From an uncultured Planctomycetaceae bacterium (GTDB lineage Bacteria; Planctomycetota; Planctomycetia; Planctomycetales; Planctomycetaceae): a stretch of DNA of 64,000 nucleotides. The translations under genes and the position numbers were made by a program. Under the pieces are notes generated by a model. The model did not search any database, was not told where the DNA came from, and saw nothing but the letters and a program-made list of their open reading frames with translations. Positions 59,962-64,000 of this stretch are shown in pieces; positions within the stretch are counted from its first letter, which is position 1; each line of letters begins with the position of its first letter. The stretch lies in NCBI GenBank assembly GCA_963815195.1, contig CAWFGE010000008.1, positions 597,290 to 661,289 of the forward strand, given 5' to 3'.

Positions 59962-61471
59962 TCATTCCGGACGCCACACCGGATCGATCATCTGCTGGTT
60001 GAGGTTCTGCCAGATAATCATAAGTTCCTGCAATTTTTCGGGATGCGTGGCGGCCAGGTTTTTGGACTCGGCCAAGTCCTCGCGTAAATTATAAAGTTCA
60101 AAATCGGGGGACGCCTGAGCCCGATCGGGATTTCCGACAATCTTCCAATCTCCCTGTCGAAGCGCCGTTTTATTTCGCATCCGCCAGTACAGCGTCTCAT
60201 GCGGCTTGCCCGGCGATTCGTTTTTCAGAAAAGGCAGCAAATTCACGCCGTCCAGCGGCCGATCCTGGGGCGGTTCCGCTCCCGCAAGTGCCGTGGCGGT
60301 CGCAAACACGTCCGTGGAAATCACCGGATGCGGATATTCCACGCCCGCCGGGAGCCGGCCTTTCCATTGGATGAGAAACGGCACGCGGATGCCGCCTTCA
60401 TAGAGATTCCCTTTTCCGCCCCGCAGCGGGCGATTGCTCGAGGTCAATTCTTTCGTCGGGCCGCCGTTGTCGCTGATCAAAAAAATCAGCGTGTTCTCTT
60501 CCAGATGGCGCTGTTGGAGGGTTTTGAGGATTCTTCCGATATTGCGGTCGAGATTGCTCAAGATCCCCGCGAACACCCGCCGGTGCGCGTCGAGACCGTC
60601 AAAAGGCTTCATATCCTCGAAGCGGGCCTGGAGCGGACTGTGCACCGCATTATAAGCCAGGTACAAAAACAACGGCTCTTCCCGAGGCTGCTCCAAAAAC
60701 CGCACCGCCTCCCGCGTGAACGCGTCGGTGAGATACGCGGGCTCCACAAGCGGCTCCCGGCCGCGGAGAACGGGGTTCTGCTCGTCGTAGGGCGGTTCGT
60801 TCGTGCCCATGTGGGACGTGTAAAGGATGTTCCCGTCCCGCCAGCGGGTTTTCATGTTCGCCGCCGCGGGCAGGTTTTTTTTTCGCAAGAACGAGAGAAC
60901 CCCCTCGTATGGCGGCGGGACGTAAAAGTGTCCTTCGTGCAGAAATCCGTAAAACTCGTCGAACCCCCGGCTCTGCGGGTGAAACGCCTCCGTCCCGCCC
61001 AGATGCCATTTGCCGATGAGGGCCGTCCTGTAACCTGCCGATTTCAGATGCTCGGCCAGCGTGCGCCTGCGCTCTCGGCAAGCCGGCTTTGGGATCGAGA
61101 TTGTGCCGGCCCACGGGATTGAGTTCATGCCCGAACCGCGTTTGATACCGCCCCGTCATCAACCCCGCCCGCGAAGGGCTGCAATACGACGCCGTCACAT
61201 ACCCGTTCGTGCAGCGAATCCCGTTCTTGGCGAGGGAATCGATCTGGGGCGTGGGAATCTGCGGATTCCCCTGGCAACCGAGTTCGCCGTATCCCAGATC
61301 GTCGACAAGTATTAGTACAATATTAGGTACACGCTTATTCTCCGCTGAAACCCCTTTTTTGCAAGTGCCTATTGACAGAATGGCTGGTCCGAGGATAAGA
61401 ATGAATGTAGCAAATTTGTGTAGTAAATGGGCAGGGAATCCATTCAAGGGAAAACGTCGCGAGAAGAACAT
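59962..61471 (-). CDS. Formylglycine-dependent sulfatase (single-base frameshift about 61066)
   Basis: [55 protein letters not shown] 7 nt before ATG 61471. Confidence 0.92.
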
Positions 61472-61560
61472 GAGCTGGCCTCCCAAAGGGGCTGATGCTG
61501 GCATATCGAAAACTCCGCTTTAGTATCAATCGCGCCGGGCGGCGGGTCAATGGCGGCGAT

Positions 61561-62892
61561 ATGGCGCAGAGCACGGAAAGGACGGAAAGGACGATGGGAA
61601 GAAAATCCAAAAAACGCAGGCAGTCGCACGGGTCCGCGTGGCATTGGAAACAAACTGACTGTTGGTATTACACCCGACCCGGCACGAAACAACGCGTGCC
61701 GCTGTTCGATGAGCAAGGGGAACGAATCCGGGGCAAGGAAAATCGGCAAGCCGCGGAGATCGCACTGGCTCGGGAAAAATTGACCTGGGAACGGGAACCC
61801 GCAGGCGGAGATGCCGGGGGCCAATGGATCGTGGCCCGCGTTTGTTCCGAGTATCTGGAGTATTGCGAGCGGGGATTGGCGAAAGGCACGATCAGCCTGG
61901 GGCATCGAAATAACTCCGCCGCCTGGCTGAACGATTTGTGCGGATACTGCGGAGCCCTTCCGGTGGCTCAGCTCAAGAAGGGGCACGTTCAAAAGTGGTT
62001 GGATAACCATCCGACCTGGCGGAGCCCTGCCACGCGCTCCGGGGTGATTGCCATTGTCTTGGCAGCGTTCAATCGGGCTGCCGAGATGTTTGGGATTCCG
62101 AATCCGATCAAAGGATTGAAGAAACCCAAGGCGGAACCGCGATTGGCATCGCTGACGCCGGAAGAGGAACAGGCGATCTATGAAGCCACCGAACCCCGTT
62201 TTAAGGAGTTCCTGTTCGCCAGCATCCATACCGGCCTGCGACCGTTTTGCGAGTTGGCGAAAATGACAGCGGATGACGTGGAAGAGACGCCGCGGGGGAT
62301 GATGTGGCGGGTCTATTCGTCCAAGACCAAAAAGACACGGAAGATCCCCGTGCGGCCGGAGGTGGCCGAGTTGACGCGAACTTTGATGGAAACGGCCCCC
62401 AAGGGCTCGGGATTGCCCCTCCTTCGGAACACCCAAGGCAATCCTTGGAAGCGGACCACCGGCGTGGTGCGGTTTATCGCGATCAAAAAGAAGTTGGGCT
62501 GGGACCAGGATCCCATTAAGGGGAAGTATTCCTGTTACACCTGCCGCCATACCTTTGCTCATCGGATGCTTTCCGGGTATTGGACGGACGGAGTGGGTTG
62601 CTCCATCGAAACCCTGGCGGAACTCATCGGCGATACGCCGAAGGTGGCTTTTGAGCATTACGGCAGGGAGTGGGGCCAGCATTATCAGGATCCGCTCTGG
62701 AACGCCATCGGGGAAGCCCGCGACGGAGACGCCAAAGCCGAGTCCAATGCAGCCGACGAAAAAACCTCGGCGAAAAGCCGCTCGAAATCCGGCCGACCGC
62801 ACGATAAAAAATCCCGCTCGGCCTCGAAGTCGGCGACTCAGAAAAAGCAAAAGCGAGCCGCCTCACCCCCAAGGAGAAAGTCGAAGGCATGA
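61561..62892 (+). CDS. Tyrosine recombinase/integrase 1 (start 61561 or 61594)
   Basis: TGLRPFCE, SKTKK, YTCRHTFA, LAELIGD...EHY; Lys/Ser-rich tail. Confidence 0.88.
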   Translation: MAQSTERTERTMGRKSKKRRQSHGSAWHWKQTDCWYYTRPGTKQRVPLFDEQGERIRGKENRQAAEIALAREKLTWEREPAGGDAGGQWIVARVCSEYLEYCERGLAKGTISLGHRNNSAAWLNDLCGYCGALPVAQLKKGHVQKWLDNHPTWRSPATRSGVIAIVLAAFNRAAEMFGIPNPIKGLKKPKAEPRLASLTPEEEQAIYEATEPRFKEFLFASIHTGLRPFCELAKMTADDVEETPRGMMWRVYSSKTKKTRKIPVRPEVAELTRTLMETAPKGSGLPLLRNTQGNPWKRTTGVVRFIAIKKKLGWDQDPIKGKYSCYTCRHTFAHRMLSGYWTDGVGCSIETLAELIGDTPKVAFEHYGREWGQHYQDPLWNAIGEARDGDAKAESNAADEKTSAKSRSKSGRPHDKKSRSASKSATQKKQKRAASPPRRKSKA

Positions 62893-64000
62893 CAAACAAC
62901 AACACGGGCCGTCAACGGCGATCTCGCGGGAAAGCCTGGTATTGGAAACAGACCGACAGCTGGTATTTCACTCCACCGGGAACCAAAGGCCGCGTGCGGC
63001 TGTATGATGAAGCGGGGGATCCGATCCGGGGCAAGGAAAATCGGCCCGCCGCGGAACTGGCTCTGGCTCGCGTGAAAGCCGCGGGCAACTGGTGCCCCTC
63101 CGCGGAACAGGCCAGCGAAGACCAGTGGGTCGTGGCGAAAGTGTGTTCACATTTCATCGATTATTGTGAACAGCGAGCGACCAAGGAAATGATTCGAATG
63201 GAATACCATGAAGAGGTCGTGCGTTATCTAAACGATTTCTGTGGCTACTGTGGGGCGCTGCCGGTGAATGACTTACGAAAAGGGCACGTGCAGCATTGGG
63301 TCGAAAGCCGCTCCACTTGGAAATCCCCGGTCACGAAGCGAAATGCAATGACGATCGTGTTGGGCGCCTTCAATCATGCTCAGGATATGTACGACGTGCC
63401 GAACCCGCTGACGGGGCTCAAAAAGCCGCCGCAAAAACCGCGGTTGCAATCCATTGATCCTGAGGAAGAGGCCCTCCTCTATTCCGCGACGGATGAGGCA
63501 TTCGCCAATTTTCTCTTTGCCGCAATTCAGACGGGCCTGCGGCCGTTTTGCGAATTGGCACGTTTGACGGTCGCAGATGTGGAGGAAACCGAGCGCGGGA
63601 TGATGTGGCGGGTTTACTTTTCGAAGACCAAGAAGACGCGAAAAATTCCGGTGCGATCGGAGGTCGCGGAATTGACTCGGGATTTGATTTCCCCGACCGC
63701 GGGAGAGTCCGGGGCCGTTGTCTTTCGCAATCCGCAGGGCCGCCCCTGGAAGAAAGTCACCGGCGGTGCCCGTTTTCGGAAGATCAAACGCGAACTCGGC
63801 TGGGATCAAGAACCCGCGCGGAAAAATTACTCCTGCTACACCTGCCGGCACACGTTTGCTCACCGCATGCTGGCTGGTTTTTGGAACGAGGGAGTGGGAT
63901 GCTCCATCGAAACGCTCGCCGAGTTGATGGGCGACACCCCGAAAGTGGCCTTCGATCATTACGGCCGCGAATGGGGCCAGCATTACCAGGAACCGCTTTG
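62889..64000 (+). CDS. Tyrosine recombinase/integrase 2, paralogue of 1 (runs off the window; not in the ORF track)
   Basis: Own translation MTNNNTGRQRRSRGKAWYWKQTDSWYF...TGLRPFCE...YTCRHTFA...LMGDTPKVAFDHY; ATGA overlap with integrase 1. Confidence 0.88.
   Translation, partial: MTNNNTGRQRRSRGKAWYWKQTDSWYFTPPGTKGRVRLYDEAGDPIRGKENRPAAELALARVKAAGNWCPSAEQASEDQWVVAKVCSHFIDYCEQRATKEMIRMEYHEEVVRYLNDFCGYCGALPVNDLRKGHVQHWVESRSTWKSPVTKRNAMTIVLGAFNHAQDMYDVPNPLTGLKKPPQKPRLQSIDPEEEALLYSATDEAFANFLFAAIQTGLRPFCELARLTVADVEETERGMMWRVYFSKTKKTRKIPVRSEVAELTRDLISPTAGESGAVVFRNPQGRPWKKVTGGARFRKIKRELGWDQEPARKNYSCYTCRHTFAHRMLAGFWNEGVGCSIETLAELMGDTPKVAFDHYGREWGQHYQEPL

Larger units (their letters stand above)
61306..64000 (+). 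mobile_element. Left end of a putative integrative element with tandem tyrosine recombinases
   Basis: Abrupt composition change at about 61306, short direct repeats, two adjacent integrase genes; other end outside the window. Confidence 0.6.

Overview
GC-rich bacterial chromosome segment. The gene style (extended Lgt, many ECF/TPR/Ser-Thr kinase/sulfatase/DUF1080 genes, COG2232 ATP-grasp) suggests a Planctomycetales member. Most of it is core genome: sigma factors, lgt, panC, ftsH, sulfite reductase, folD, metH, sodA, asnS and dnaG-rpoD. The intergenic spaces carry many palindromic REP-like families and a 4x96-bp tandem array. At least eight small frameshifts, one in rpoD, look like sequencing or assembly indels rather than pseudogenes. 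Two accessory loci stand out. (1) An AT-richer islet at about 43.75-47.7 kb holds a DUF433/PIN toxin-antitoxin pair, a coiled-coil/wHTH gene, an IS3 element and a 102-nt tRNA with an Ile (UAU) anticodon on a serine-type body. (2) At the right end, two tandem paralogous tyrosine recombinases with non-canonical catalytic motifs sit on an apparent integrative element. Its end lies inside a sulfatase gene at the conserved [14 protein letters not shown] motif, and it seems to supply a replacement RBS, start codon and signal peptide.
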